DNA of 64,000 nt from Patescibacteria group bacterium. GTDB lineage: Bacteria > Patescibacteriota > Patescibacteriia > JBAZBY01. A program made the position numbers and the translations under genes. The stretch covers positions 109,963 to 173,962 of the forward strand of contig JBAZBY010000001.1 of assembly GCA_041671225.1 (NCBI GenBank). Direction: 5' to 3'. This document shows, in pieces, positions 54,461 to 63,799 of the stretch (within the stretch, counting starts at the first letter, position 1; each line of letters opens with the position of its first letter). The notes below the pieces were generated by a model. The model saw only the letters and a list, made by a program, of their open reading frames with translations, made no database searches and had not been told where the DNA came from.

Positions 54461-56896
54461 CTAACGGCGCTTTCTCTTCATCGTTTGCTTACGCGACTTC
54501 CCTTTTTTCTCCGTCTTCACAACATCGATCGTGGTCTTGATGACGGTGTCTGGATTGAGTGACATGGAATCAATGCCTTCTTCCGTGATGAAACGCGCGA
54601 TCTCCGGGTAATCACTCGGCGCCTGGCCGCAAATGCCCACCTTGCGATGCGCCTTCTTTGCGCCGCGAATGATCATGGAGAGCATCGCCTTCACCGCAGG
54701 ATTACGCTCGTCATAGATGTGCGAAACGAGCGCGCTATCGCGATCCACGCCGAGCGTGGTCTGTGTGAGGTCATTTGAGCCGATAGAGAAGCCGTCGAAA
54801 ATCTTCGCGAAGTCCTCAACAAGGATGGCATTAACCGGAAGTTCTGCCATCACATAGACTTCCAAACCATTCACGTGCTGCGTCAGGCCGTTTGCTGCGA
54901 GTGTCTTGAGGACAAGCTTCCCTTCTTCAATCGTACGGCAGATAGGAATCATCAACTTGACGTTCGTGAGGCCAAATTCTTCGCGCACGCGCTTGAGCGC
55001 CTTACACTCCATGGCAAACGCGGGGGCAAACTTCTCCGAATAATACCGTGACGCACCGCGCCAACCGAGCATCGGGTTTTCTTCTACTGGTTCGTATGCC
55101 TTACCGCCAATGAGGTTCGCGTACTCATTTGATTTGAAATCCGAGAGCCGCACGATCACATCCTTGGGGTAAAACGCCGCGGCAATCATGCCCACGCCCT
55201 CTGCGAGCTTGTCCACAAAGAACTGCTTCTTGTTTGGGTAGCCCGCCGTGATCTTTTCAATCTGACGCTTCGCCTTCGCGTCCTTCAGCCTGCTGAAATT
55301 CACCAACGCGAGCGGATGTGCCTGAATGTATGCATTGATAACGAATTCAATGCGTGCAAGACCCACACCATCATTGGGAATAAAACTTGCGGAGAACGCC
55401 TGTTCCGGACTGCCGATGTTCATCATGATCTTTGTTTTGGGGCGCGCAAGATTCTTGATGCTCGTTCTGATGATCTTATATGGCAACTCGCCCGCATACA
55501 CCTTACCCACATCTCCCTCGGAACAGGATACCGTCACTGCCTGGCCGGTCTTCACCTTCTTTGTGGCGTTGTCGGTTCCGACGATCGCCGGAATCCCAAG
55601 TTCACGGGAGACGATAGCCGCGTGACTTGTGCGGCCGCCCTTATTGGTCACGATCGCAGAAGCGATCTTCATGATGGGTTCCCAATCCGGATCCGTCATG
55701 TCGGTAATAAGCACTTCACCTTTCTTGAACTCATGAATTTTCTTTGCGGAAAGAATGATGCGCGCTTTGCCTGCGCCGATCTTTGTGCCGACAGGCGAAC
55801 CCGTGGTAAGAACCTTACCCTTCTTTTGGAGCATGTAGTCCTCCAATACGCTCGTATCCCGCTGGCTCTGCACGGTCTCCGGCCGGGCCTGCACAATAAA
55901 GAGCTCGCCGGAAATGTCCTTTGCCCATTCCATATCCATGGCCTTGCCATAATGCTGTTCGATCTGCATGGCCCACGTTGCCAAATGGAGCACTTCTTTG
56001 TCTGTGAGGCAGAACTGATAACGCTGAGCAACTGGCACGCTCACGTTCTTTGTGGGGCCGCTCTTGCCTGTGGCGTAAATCATTTTGATCTGCTTGGAAC
56101 CGAGCTTCTTCTTCAGAATCGGCTTCATACTGCGCCCGCCAGTACCTTTCTTACCGAGCGTCGGCTTGAACACATAAAACTCATCCGGGTTCACCTTGCC
56201 CTGCACAATGTTCTCGCCAAGACCGTATGCGGCGTTGATGAGTACCGCGTTCTCAAAACCCGTTTCCGTATCAATAGAGAACATGACGCCAGAAACTTCA
56301 GAATGCACCATCTTCTGCACACCAATGGATAAAGCAATGGAAAAATGGTCAAAACCTTTGTCTTCGCGATAGCTAATGGCACGATCGGTAAACAAAGATG
56401 CCATGGCCTTGCGGCACGCATCAAGAAGCGCGGTATTCCCTTGAATATTCAGGTAGGTATCCTGCTGGCCAGCAAACGACGCATCGGGAAGGTCTTCTGC
56501 GGTTGCGCTCGAGCGCACAGCTACCGCGAGATTCTTGCCATATTCCTTCTGAAGCTGAACATACGCGCCGATGATTTCCTGCTTGAGGTCATCCGGAAAC
56601 TCTTGCCTCAAAATTGCTTCACGAACAGCCACGCCATGCGCATGCAAATTCCGCACATCATGCGTGTCGAGTGTTTTTAATATGCGGCGAATTTCCTTTT
56701 TGAGTCCTGTTTTTTCCAAAAAATAACGGTAGGCCGTTGAGGTAACCGCGTAACCATCTGGAACCTTGACGCCTTTCTTCGTGAGATTGGCGTACATCTC
56801 ACCCAACGATGCGTTCTTTCCGCCGACAAGCGGTACATCTTTATTACGAAGTTCTTTAAAAAAGAGAATGAGTTTCTTTGAACGTGACGTTGGCAT
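54461..56896 (-). CDS. ppsA: Phosphoenolpyruvate synthase (pyruvate, water dikinase)
   Basis: PEP-utilizing enzyme motifs (GGRTSHAAIVSRELGIPAIVGT, the catalytic His, a C-terminal TIM barrel). Start at the ATG with RBS AAGGAG (MPTSRSKK). Confidence 0.9.
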   Translation of the reverse strand: MPTSRSKKLILFFKELRNKDVPLVGGKNASLGEMYANLTKKGVKVPDGYAVTSTAYRYFLEKTGLKKEIRRILKTLDTHDVRNLHAHGVAVREAILRQEFPDDLKQEIIGAYVQLQKEYGKNLAVAVRSSATAEDLPDASFAGQQDTYLNIQGNTALLDACRKAMASLFTDRAISYREDKGFDHFSIALSIGVQKMVHSEVSGVMFSIDTETGFENAVLINAAYGLGENIVQGKVNPDEFYVFKPTLGKKGTGGRSMKPILKKKLGSKQIKMIYATGKSGPTKNVSVPVAQRYQFCLTDKEVLHLATWAMQIEQHYGKAMDMEWAKDISGELFIVQARPETVQSQRDTSVLEDYMLQKKGKVLTTGSPVGTKIGAGKARIILSAKKIHEFKKGEVLITDMTDPDWEPIMKIASAIVTNKGGRTSHAAIVSRELGIPAIVGTDNATKKVKTGQAVTVSCSEGDVGKVYAGELPYKIIRTSIKNLARPKTKIMMNIGSPEQAFSASFIPNDGVGLARIEFVINAYIQAHPLALVNFSRLKDAKAKRQIEKITAGYPNKKQFFVDKLAEGVGMIAAAFYPKDVIVRLSDFKSNEYANLIGGKAYEPVEENPMLGWRGASRYYSEKFAPAFAMECKALKRVREEFGLTNVKLMIPICRTIEEGKLVLKTLAANGLTQHVNGLEVYVMAELPVNAILVEDFAKIFDGFSIGSNDLTQTTLGVDRDSALVSHIYDERNPAVKAMLSMIIRGAKKAHRKVGICGQAPSDYPEIARFITEEGIDSMSLNPDTVIKTTIDVVKTEKKGKSRKQTMKRKRR

Positions 56897-56950
56897 GTGT
56901 CTCCTTATATACGCAGCACACCCCCTTATAACCAAGGAGGCAATACCAGC

Positions 56951-57265
56951 TTAGATGTTGAACTTTTCTGAGAGATCAGCGATGAGGGGAAGCCGATAGA
57001 ACTTACCGGTGAACGCCTGCACAAACCCTATGATGCAGAAGATGAGCAGTGCCATGCTGTAAAGCCAGCCGATGACGAAGATCCACCACACAAATATGGC
57101 GATCAACCAGCCGATAAAAAGCACCAGGCCCTGTTTTGCATGGAACTGGGCAAACTTTGAGTCGCGCTTGAGGAGCATGGGAAGAAGAAAGAGGATACCG
57201 ACATAGGAGAGCGCGGCGATAACGCGATTCTCGTCAATGTCCTTGCTGTTATTGAGTTCTGGCAT
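56951..57265 (-). CDS. DUF4870-like small membrane protein
   Basis: 104 aa; pattern AALSYVGILFLLPMLLKRDSKFAQFHAKQGLVLFI. Confidence 0.5.
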   Translation of the reverse strand: MPELNNSKDIDENRVIAALSYVGILFLLPMLLKRDSKFAQFHAKQGLVLFIGWLIAIFVWWIFVIGWLYSMALLIFCIIGFVQAFTGKFYRLPLIADLSEKFNI

Positions 57266-57279
57266 ATGTATTTTATTAA

Positions 57280-57762
57280 TTATTTCCCTCCTTTGGAGGA
57301 TTGTTGTGATTGTTGTTTGGCTATGCGCTTTTCTTTTCGTTGCTTGATGAGCTGAACGGCAACGGCAGTGATAAGTGCGCCAAGGAGTGCGGTGATGACT
57401 GGTTCTGCAATGAGATTGAGAATGAAGTATGCGGCACGTTCATAGACCAGACGGAAAATGGCCATGCCGAGTCCAGCAAGAAACCCTGCCACGGCTCCCA
57501 ATGCTACTGCGCGCTGTGCCGTCAGGTCCTTCACTGTCCCGACAAGATAGAGAAAGAGCGCAATGTGGAACAACCAGACAACCGCATTAAGTCCAATGAG
57601 AATATAGAGCACCATCTCCGCAATGACAGCTGCGAGCACGGGAATACGCACAAGCTGAAAGTATCGCGAGAGCGTCCAGCCGGAGATGACGGCCTCGTTC
57701 TGCTCTTGCGCTTTCTGCTCTCGCGCCTCGTGCTCAAGATCACGCATTGGTTCCATGTGCAT
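57280..57762 (-). CDS. Hypothetical membrane protein
   Basis: 4 TM helices and a Lys/Gln-rich C-terminus; the start is uncertain between MHMEP and MEP. Confidence 0.45.
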   Translation of the reverse strand: MHMEPMRDLEHEAREQKAQEQNEAVISGWTLSRYFQLVRIPVLAAVIAEMVLYILIGLNAVVWLFHIALFLYLVGTVKDLTAQRAVALGAVAGFLAGLGMAIFRLVYERAAYFILNLIAEPVITALLGALITAVAVQLIKQRKEKRIAKQQSQQSSKGGK

Positions 57763-57805
57763 AGTATACCAAAAACTGAGGCACTGTGCATTGTCCCCCC
57801 GCACA

Positions 57806-57842
57806 CAACCAAAAACCCCCACCGTGAGGTGGGGGTTTTCTT
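57806..57842 (-). terminator. Rho-independent terminator after the RRM-protein gene
   Basis: AAAAACCCCCACC-GTGA-GGTGGGGGTTTT is a symmetric hairpin flanked by A and T runs. Confidence 0.65.
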
Positions 57843-57860
57843 AAACACGTTTATTCGCGA

Positions 57861-58130
57861 TTAGTCGCGACGTGGTCTGTCGGTTTGTGGGCGTGCCTCG
57901 TTTACGACGAGCGCGCGACCATCAAATTCCTTACCGTTCAGCTTTTCTACAGCTGCCTGCGCTTCTTCTTCAGTTGCCATTTCCACGAAGCCGAATCCGC
58001 GTGAGCGGCCGGACATGCGGTCCTGGACAACCTGCGCAGATTCTACGGTGCCTGCTTCGGCAAAGAATTGCCCAAGCGTAGCATCATCCGCAGAATACGG
58101 AAGGTTACCGACGTAGAGCTTCTTAGCCAT
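57861..58130 (-). CDS. RRM-domain RNA-binding protein
   Basis: Start at the internal ATG (MAKKLYVGNL). RNP-2 is LYVGNL and RNP-1 is RGFGFVEM, followed by an Arg-rich tail. Confidence 0.8.
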   Translation of the reverse strand: MAKKLYVGNLPYSADDATLGQFFAEAGTVESAQVVQDRMSGRSRGFGFVEMATEEEAQAAVEKLNGKEFDGRALVVNEARPQTDRPRRD

Positions 58131-58324
58131 ACGTCCATTTTGACTTACCTTGTTAAACTGCACTCTACTTTCGGGAGACCACTCCTCTAACTAGACTGCG
58201 CGGCTATACTAGCAGAATACCCAAAATAAAGCAAGGGGGTGGGTAGTAGGGCATATTCCTTGACGCCGCTCTTGCCTTCCGCTACAGTGACGCCGCTCTT
58301 TCTCTCTCACGCTGGAGGTGATTC

Positions 58325-58714
58325 GTGGGAACGGCTCTCATCGTCCTGCTTTCCCTGATCCAGATCGCGTTCGGATGCGTCATCATCCGCGCATACAAGA
58401 ATGCACGCAACGAGAACATCATCCTTGCATTCGAGAGGCGCGTGGGCTACGGCAGGACGGACGAGATGCGTTACGATGCGCTCTACGGCCTGGCGTGCGC
58501 CTCGTTCTACGCGCTCGTATCCTGTCTCGTTGCAGGAGCCTTGTACCTCATCTTCGGAAAACCCGAATTCTGGTACATGGCGTGCAGTATCGGATGGTGG
58601 TTCGCTGTCTGGGTGACCTGCCTCATCCTGCGCATGCGCGGCAGGGACCTCTACCAGTACGTGATCTACGGGCCTGAGGGCTCATTCGCGGAACGTCTCT
58701 GCGAGATCCAATAG
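58325..58714 (+). CDS. Hypothetical small membrane protein on GC-rich segment
   Basis: GTG start with RBS GGAGG 9 nt upstream; 129 aa with 3-4 TM helices. Confidence 0.45.
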   Translation: MGTALIVLLSLIQIAFGCVIIRAYKNARNENIILAFERRVGYGRTDEMRYDALYGLACASFYALVSCLVAGALYLIFGKPEFWYMACSIGWWFAVWVTCLILRMRGRDLYQYVIYGPEGSFAERLCEIQ

Positions 58715-58861
58715 TAGCGCAACGTGCGCTGCACTCCCCAACTCCTTCGCCGACCCGACTCCGGGTCGGCCTTTATATGTATTAAAAATCTTTGCTGCCG
58801 CGCCTTTTCACAAGAGCCAATGGCACTGTTTTTTATATCGCGTCATACGTATACTGAGCAT

Positions 58862-59752
58862 ATGAATCCAACGCTCGGACTCCTTGCAGCATTCGGCGCA
58901 TTCCTTTCTTGGGGAATCGGTGATTTCGCCATCCAGCGTTCTGCGCGCGCCGTCGGCTCTATGGCGGCATTGTTTGGCATCACTGCATTCGGTGCCATCG
59001 TGCTCTTTCCTTTTGCAGCACCGCATCTTTCCGCGGTCTTCCATAGCGCATACCTGCTCGGGCTGCTATTGTTGACCGTACTCGTCACACTCTTTGCCGC
59101 CGTGTTCGAATTTGAAGCGCTCAAAAAGGGAAAAATAGCCGTCATTGAGCCCATTATGTGTCTTGAACTTGTTGTGACCGTCGGCATCAGCGTCGTTCTG
59201 CTCCAAGAGAAGGTCACTACCGTGCAGTTTCTTTTAATGGCACTGATTTTCTCCGGCATTCTCCTCACTGTCATCCGTCACGAGCCGCGTCACTGGTGGG
59301 GCTGGTGGAGAAAAAAACGCCGCTTGGAGCGCGGCGTGCTTCTTGTGCTGCTCGGTGCCTTTACCATGGGTATAACGAACGTCGTCACGGGACGTTCCAG
59401 TCAGGAAACTGACCCCGTAACCGCAATCTGGTTCATCCATACCAGTCTTGCTCTCATCTGTCTCATTTGGTTCATCATGAACCGCAACACGCACACTGTA
59501 ATGCGCGAAATTCGCATCCATTGGCGCCCCGTGCTTGCGGAGGGCGTGTTTGACAATGCTGCCTGGCTTTCCTATGCCGCGGCAGTCACCTACTTCCCCA
59601 TCTCCATCACGAACGCCCTCACGGAGGGCTATATCGTGCTCGCATCGGTGCTCGGGATCATCTTCAATAAAGAACGCGTGCAAAAGCATCAAGCGATGGG
59701 GATGGTGATCACCATCATCAGCGCCATCGTGCTGGCAGCGATCTCGGGGTAA
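58862..59752 (+). CDS. EamA/DMT-superfamily transporter
   Basis: Start at the internal ATG (MNPTLGLLAAFGAFLSWGIGDF); 10 TM helices arranged as two EamA repeats. Confidence 0.65.
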   Translation: MNPTLGLLAAFGAFLSWGIGDFAIQRSARAVGSMAALFGITAFGAIVLFPFAAPHLSAVFHSAYLLGLLLLTVLVTLFAAVFEFEALKKGKIAVIEPIMCLELVVTVGISVVLLQEKVTTVQFLLMALIFSGILLTVIRHEPRHWWGWWRKKRRLERGVLLVLLGAFTMGITNVVTGRSSQETDPVTAIWFIHTSLALICLIWFIMNRNTHTVMREIRIHWRPVLAEGVFDNAAWLSYAAAVTYFPISITNALTEGYIVLASVLGIIFNKERVQKHQAMGMVITIISAIVLAAISG

Positions 59753-59859
59753 GCCTAAACATTCATGCATCACCGGCGCATTGACAAATGCTGCGTTGTG
59801 ATGTAATTTCTCCTGTCCCTCACTTCCGGTAATTGTCCAAAACGAGAGGAGTCTCAAAT

Positions 59860-60117
59860 ATGATCCTTCGAGGGAAGTCCAAGGAGACAAAAGCCAGGGA
59901 TTACCTGGCAACGCTTGCCGAGATGATGGCGCTCGCACGGGAGTTTATGCCGGAAGCATCGGAGGATGCAATCCGTACCGTGGCACTCAAGCTCTCCGAT
60001 GTTGCGTCGCGTCTCGATGAGGAGAAGTTCCGTCTCACGCAGCAGCGCATGGGAGTGCAGCTGATCGGCCAGCTCGCGCCGCTCGCGATCGCCCTGGCGG
60101 CGATCCTCAAGTCGTGA
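59860..60117 (+). CDS. Hypothetical small protein (85 aa), GC-rich array member 1
   Basis: ATG with RBS GAGAGGAG upstream and a terminator 60149-60190 downstream. Confidence 0.45.
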   Translation: MILRGKSKETKARDYLATLAEMMALAREFMPEASEDAIRTVALKLSDVASRLDEEKFRLTQQRMGVQLIGQLAPLAIALAAILKS

Positions 60118-60148
60118 GCGGCACGCGCCCGCCCTTGTACCTCTTTCC

Positions 60149-60190
60149 GCCCCGGTGCCAACCCCGGGGCGTGTCTTTTTTATTACGCAC
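60149..60190 (+). terminator. Terminator hairpin with conserved tail motif (CCCCGGGGCGTGTCTTTTTTATTACGC)
   Basis: Hairpin CCCCGGTGCCAACCCCGGGG followed by a T-run. The 27-nt tail is nearly identical to 62585-62611. Confidence 0.55.
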
Positions 60191-60212
60191 GATGTTGTCA
60201 TCCATTACACTG

Positions 60213-60242
60213 CTTGACGTGCCGTTTTGATATTGCTAATGT
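60213..60242 (+). promoter_or_regulatory. Candidate sigma-70 promoter for the lipoprotein gene
   Basis: TTGACG, a 17-nt spacer, then TAATGT, located about 40 nt upstream of the ATG at 60282. Confidence 0.4.
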
Positions 60243-60281
60243 CGCAGCGCCATACTTCCGTGGCAGAACAAGGAGGAACGC

Positions 60282-60737
60282 ATGAAACGTGCGTCTCGCA
60301 CTCTGGTGCTCTTTCTTTCCCTGGCTATGGTGATCTGCGTCGCCGGGTTCTCCGGTTGCGGCAGGGGCGACGTCCACGTGGCCTCCGCCGCACAGGACTC
60401 GTCGCAGGTCCGATTCTTCCAAGGGGAACACCAGCTGGTTCCCTTCAACAACGACCCGAACTGCGGGTACGTCTCCTTCGACGGAAGCACATACCGGTTC
60501 TACTGGCGGAACAACAACACGGGTTCGGATTTCGCCGCGAGTTTCGCCCCACACGAAGTCTCCTTCGTCACCAACGAAATGATTCCGGCTCCCTTGTGCG
60601 AATTCCGTTGGAACAAGAGCTCCGACTTCAAGGAGTATGACTGGCGCATCTACGCCACGAGGGTGTTCATCAGCGGCAAGGCGGAGCACATCATCGTCGA
60701 GCCGAAGATGCAATTCGCACCCTTGGGAGCGCTCTAG
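60282..60737 (+). CDS. Hypothetical lipoprotein (151 aa), GC-rich array member 2
   Basis: RBS AAGGAGG, a signal peptide with lipobox-like AGFSGC, and no family match. Confidence 0.55.
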   Translation: MKRASRTLVLFLSLAMVICVAGFSGCGRGDVHVASAAQDSSQVRFFQGEHQLVPFNNDPNCGYVSFDGSTYRFYWRNNNTGSDFAASFAPHEVSFVTNEMIPAPLCEFRWNKSSDFKEYDWRIYATRVFISGKAEHIIVEPKMQFAPLGAL

Positions 60738-60813
60738 GCATAGTTCGCGCACGAAGCAATCCAGGACGTCTGGACTGCAGACAAACACGAGACACGCTGA
60801 GGAGGATCGCTGA

Positions 60814-61134
60814 ATGCAACGGGAAACGCTCATTGAGGCCATTCTGAAGGAGATGCGGGGACGCATCACGGCGGAGGCCAATCTCTTCAATCTCTCGCTT
60901 GGGCTCGACGACGAGCTGATCGATCTGGGCAGGACGGTCTGCCCCGAAGGCACCACGATGCCCGGCATGGAAGATCTCGATGATGTTGGCTCTCCCGAGG
61001 AGCTCGCGGACGCCATCATCGCGGCCAACCCGCAGTGGGCCGAGGAGGAGGTTACAGAGAACCTCGATGAGACCCACGTCGTCTCCGCATCCAATGGTGG
61101 GGAGGAGCCGGCTCCGGACGAAAGCCTGAAGTAG
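60814..61134 (+). CDS. Hypothetical acidic protein (106 aa), GC-rich array member 3
   Basis: RBS GAGGAGG; a highly acidic protein; terminator 61166-61212 downstream. Confidence 0.5.
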   Translation: MQRETLIEAILKEMRGRITAEANLFNLSLGLDDELIDLGRTVCPEGTTMPGMEDLDDVGSPEELADAIIAANPQWAEEEVTENLDETHVVSASNGGEEPAPDESLK

Positions 61135-61165
61135 GCCGCCACTCCGCAGTGGCCACATTGCACAT

Positions 61166-61212
61166 ACCGCATCGCTCGCCGCCGCGCCTTCTCACGAGGG
61201 CCGGCGGCGCAA
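61166..61212 (+). terminator. Rho-independent terminator
   Basis: CGCCGCCG...CGGCGGCG stem followed by CAACTTTTTTATA. Confidence 0.55.
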
Positions 61213-61255
61213 CTTTTTTATACCACAAAATTATCGCCTTCCAGACATTGCCTGC

Positions 61256-61555
61256 TTACTGCACGTTCTTCATCCCGCCGAGAAACAGCCGGATCCCCAA
61301 GCGAAGCAGGAGATAATAACAAAAATACGCAGCAGCCCAGGCCATGACCGTATACAGCACGGTCAAAAAAATCACGGCAACTACTTCCCGAGCAGTGGGG
61401 CCGCCGTTGCTGTATCCAAGTCCATCAAACGCGATGATGATCGGAATAGCGAGCGTGATCAACCACACTACAAACCACCCGACGATGCGGTACGCGCGGT
61501 ATCCCATTTTCTTCATGAGTTTTTCGTGGACCTGCTTATTAAGAAAAAGTGTCAT
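61256..61555 (-). CDS. Hypothetical small membrane protein
   Basis: 99 aa with 2-3 TM helices; it is the only minus-strand gene within the GC-rich array. Confidence 0.45.
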   Translation of the reverse strand: MTLFLNKQVHEKLMKKMGYRAYRIVGWFVVWLITLAIPIIIAFDGLGYSNGGPTAREVVAVIFLTVLYTVMAWAAAYFCYYLLLRLGIRLFLGGMKNVQ

Positions 61556-61719
61556 ACCTCTTGTATCGTACGTTAGGCTGTCATATTACGACAGCTTTCA
61601 TTTTAACATAAAACCGGGGCGAGGCCTTCGATTCCGGAATGATTTTTGTACCCCATGCATTGACAGTACATACCCGGCATGATAAGAGAACCACGGTCCT
61701 TTGAGAGAAAGGTGGACAC

Positions 61720-62049
61720 ATGACCACACGCAACAAGCGTACCAGAAGGGGCGTGCCACGGCCTGGCGCGTTCACCCTTCCACGTCGGGTGTACGTATCA
61801 GAACGGGAAGAAGGGCTAGCGCTGGCACTCAAAGCTGCAAGTTGCTACGTGCCACTCATCGGCCGACCTCCCGACGAGCACACCACGTTTGGAGAACTCG
61901 GGATGTCCACGGCTTCGAAAAGGGCGCTCGCGCTGGAAATAGCGGAGCACCTCAGAAAGAAGTCATCTGTGGAGGTGACCCTCAACGTCCCCATGGGGGA
62001 TGCAGTGTCCCTCGGCCAGTTCGTGGACACGATCATAGCGCTGCCCTGA
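61720..62049 (+). CDS. Hypothetical protein (109 aa), GC-rich array member 4
   Basis: RBS AAAGGTGGA and a basic N-terminus. Confidence 0.45.
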   Translation: MTTRNKRTRRGVPRPGAFTLPRRVYVSEREEGLALALKAASCYVPLIGRPPDEHTTFGELGMSTASKRALALEIAEHLRKKSSVEVTLNVPMGDAVSLGQFVDTIIALP

Positions 62050-62088
62050 AACGCAGGGCCGCATGTGCATCCGCAGAAAGGAGAGACG

Positions 62089-62535
62089 ATGAACGACGAA
62101 CTTGTACGGCACATGAGAGTGGTCATCTCGCACCTGCTCAGCGATGTGGCGACCGGAGTGCGGCAGTGGGAGCGCCTGTTTGTCACACAACTCCGGGCTG
62201 CGGAGGGAAACATCGATACCTCCGCATCGGACGAGGGCCCTTCTGACCCCTCCAACGCGGAGATGGCGCGCATCGGTGCTGAGTTTGAACAGAAGGGGGC
62301 AATGCCGCGCTCCACCCGCCGCGATCTGCTGCAGATCCGCGCAAGCGCCATGGTCAGCGAGGTGCTGCGGGAGATTCCGCGCCCGTCGCGCGACATTCCA
62401 CCTGGTGACACGGCACAGCGGGAGCGATTCCTGCGCTTCCGTGTCCTGCGCGTGATCCTTATCACGGCACTCACGTTCATTCTGGAGGATGCGGAAACGC
62501 CGCCTCCCACAGAAGGTGGCAGCCCGGAAGCCTAG
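62089..62535 (+). CDS. Hypothetical protein (148 aa), GC-rich array member 5
   Basis: Internal ATG with RBS AAAGGAGAG; terminator 62559-62612 downstream. Confidence 0.45.
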   Translation: MNDELVRHMRVVISHLLSDVATGVRQWERLFVTQLRAAEGNIDTSASDEGPSDPSNAEMARIGAEFEQKGAMPRSTRRDLLQIRASAMVSEVLREIPRPSRDIPPGDTAQRERFLRFRVLRVILITALTFILEDAETPPPTEGGSPEA

Positions 62536-62558
62536 TGCTTCTGGAATGCCCAAAAAAC

Positions 62559-62612
62559 ACGCGCCCCGAGGTTCTCCATGAGGACCCGGGGCGTGACTTT
62601 TTATTACGCGAG
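62559..62612 (+). terminator. Terminator hairpin with conserved tail motif (ACCCGGGGCGTGACTTTTTATTACGC)
   Basis: Hairpin CGCCCCGAGGTTCTCCATGAGGACCCGGGGCG followed by a T-run; the tail matches 60160-60188. Confidence 0.55.
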
Positions 62613-62714
62613 GGATATTGACATACAAGCATTCCTGTGCTAGAAAGACCGGTCGTATTTTGCAGGCTCATGTTCCCCTGCATATGCGACGGCTCTCTTG
62701 AAAAGGAGTGTTCC

Positions 62715-63008
62715 ATGCGACATCGTGATGGGAAGCGCTACGTCCGCCACGGGCGAATCGAGGGGCTCGACGAGCTCCTCAAACAGATTGCTGGCTGGCC
62801 CGAGGTGAAAAAGGTCATCTCCGGGCAGATCCGCAACACCGGCGGAAGCGGCGGCGGCCATGGGCTCGTCATTCGCGTCCAGCGCGAAGAGCAGGGCAGG
62901 CTCAAGTGCGTGGCAAGCCACAACAGCCAGCACCAGGACCTCACCATCATCACCGGCTGCCCCGGCCGCATCGCGGAGCGCATCCGCGCCCAGGCCTGGG
63001 GAAAGTAA
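62715..63008 (+). CDS. Hypothetical protein (97 aa), GC-rich array member 6
   Basis: Internal ATG with RBS AAAAGGAG; protein MRHRDGKRYVRHGRIEGLDELLKQIAGWPEVKK... Confidence 0.4.
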   Translation: MRHRDGKRYVRHGRIEGLDELLKQIAGWPEVKKVISGQIRNTGGSGGGHGLVIRVQREEQGRLKCVASHNSQHQDLTIITGCPGRIAERIRAQAWGK

Positions 63009-63198
63009 CCCCAAAACCCGCCGGCAGAACGTCGGCACAAACCTCCAAAAAAAGGAGCGTGTCGTGCGAAGACACTAACTACGGTCGAGCCCTCGGGCCC
63101 GGCCGTTTTCCCTTACACAAAAACTCCACACCCTGCCCGCCTACGCCTTGCGGAGATGGGTGCACTCCACTTTGAAACACACCGAGCTACTTTCAACG

Positions 63199-63759
63199 CT
63201 AATTGTGAATTAAATCCGCAAAATCAATAATCGCCTTAACAATCTGAGCTATATCCGTTGCGCCGGACATAAAATCTCGAAGTTTTTCCAACTTACCTTT
63301 TCGCACTGGATCATCTGTCGTTGCAATCTGCTTATCAATCTCACCTACTAACAATGCAACATTTACAGTTGCCTCCGCATGAGCAATATTTGTGATAAAA
63401 GAATTACCTTGAACCTCTTGAGGAATGGGCTCCCGTATATCTTCCATAAGAATTATTAGGCTATCAAGATTACCATTAATTTCATGAAAGCCTTCACCAA
63501 GAGAATACACTGTATACTCAATTCTTGTCAGCAATTTTCCCTTATCACATTCCTGAACAAATTGATTATTTGCAGCTCCAATAGCCGCGGATTGATAGGA
63601 CTTAAATCCTCTTTCCTGTGTCTTTTCAAACTCAGATGCTCTGCTGCGAACGTCACGAAGTCGCGCAAGTGCAGCACGATGGTTTTTCTTCGCAGCGCGA
63701 TACTTCATTTCTGTTGCTGTTTTTTTGGGAAATCGGGCGTAAGGAATGTTACGTATCAT
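63199..63759 (-). CDS. Hypothetical protein (186 aa) on AT-rich segment
   Basis: Local GC is clearly lower than in its neighbours; no motifs recognised. Confidence 0.45.
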   Translation of the reverse strand: MIRNIPYARFPKKTATEMKYRAAKKNHRAALARLRDVRSRASEFEKTQERGFKSYQSAAIGAANNQFVQECDKGKLLTRIEYTVYSLGEGFHEINGNLDSLIILMEDIREPIPQEVQGNSFITNIAHAEATVNVALLVGEIDKQIATTDDPVRKGKLEKLRDFMSGATDIAQIVKAIIDFADLIHN

Positions 63760-63799
63760 ATATTTGTGTGTGAATAACTCATTTAATGATAAGTGTTAT

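Noticed and set aside
60198-62628. Long minus-strand ORFs (60198-61172, 61845-62510, 61963-62628) antisense to the GC-rich + strand array
   Set aside because: They are Ser/Arg-rich and low-complexity and lack RBSs, whereas the + strand ORFs each have a strong SD and a + strand terminator. High GC inflates antisense ORF length.
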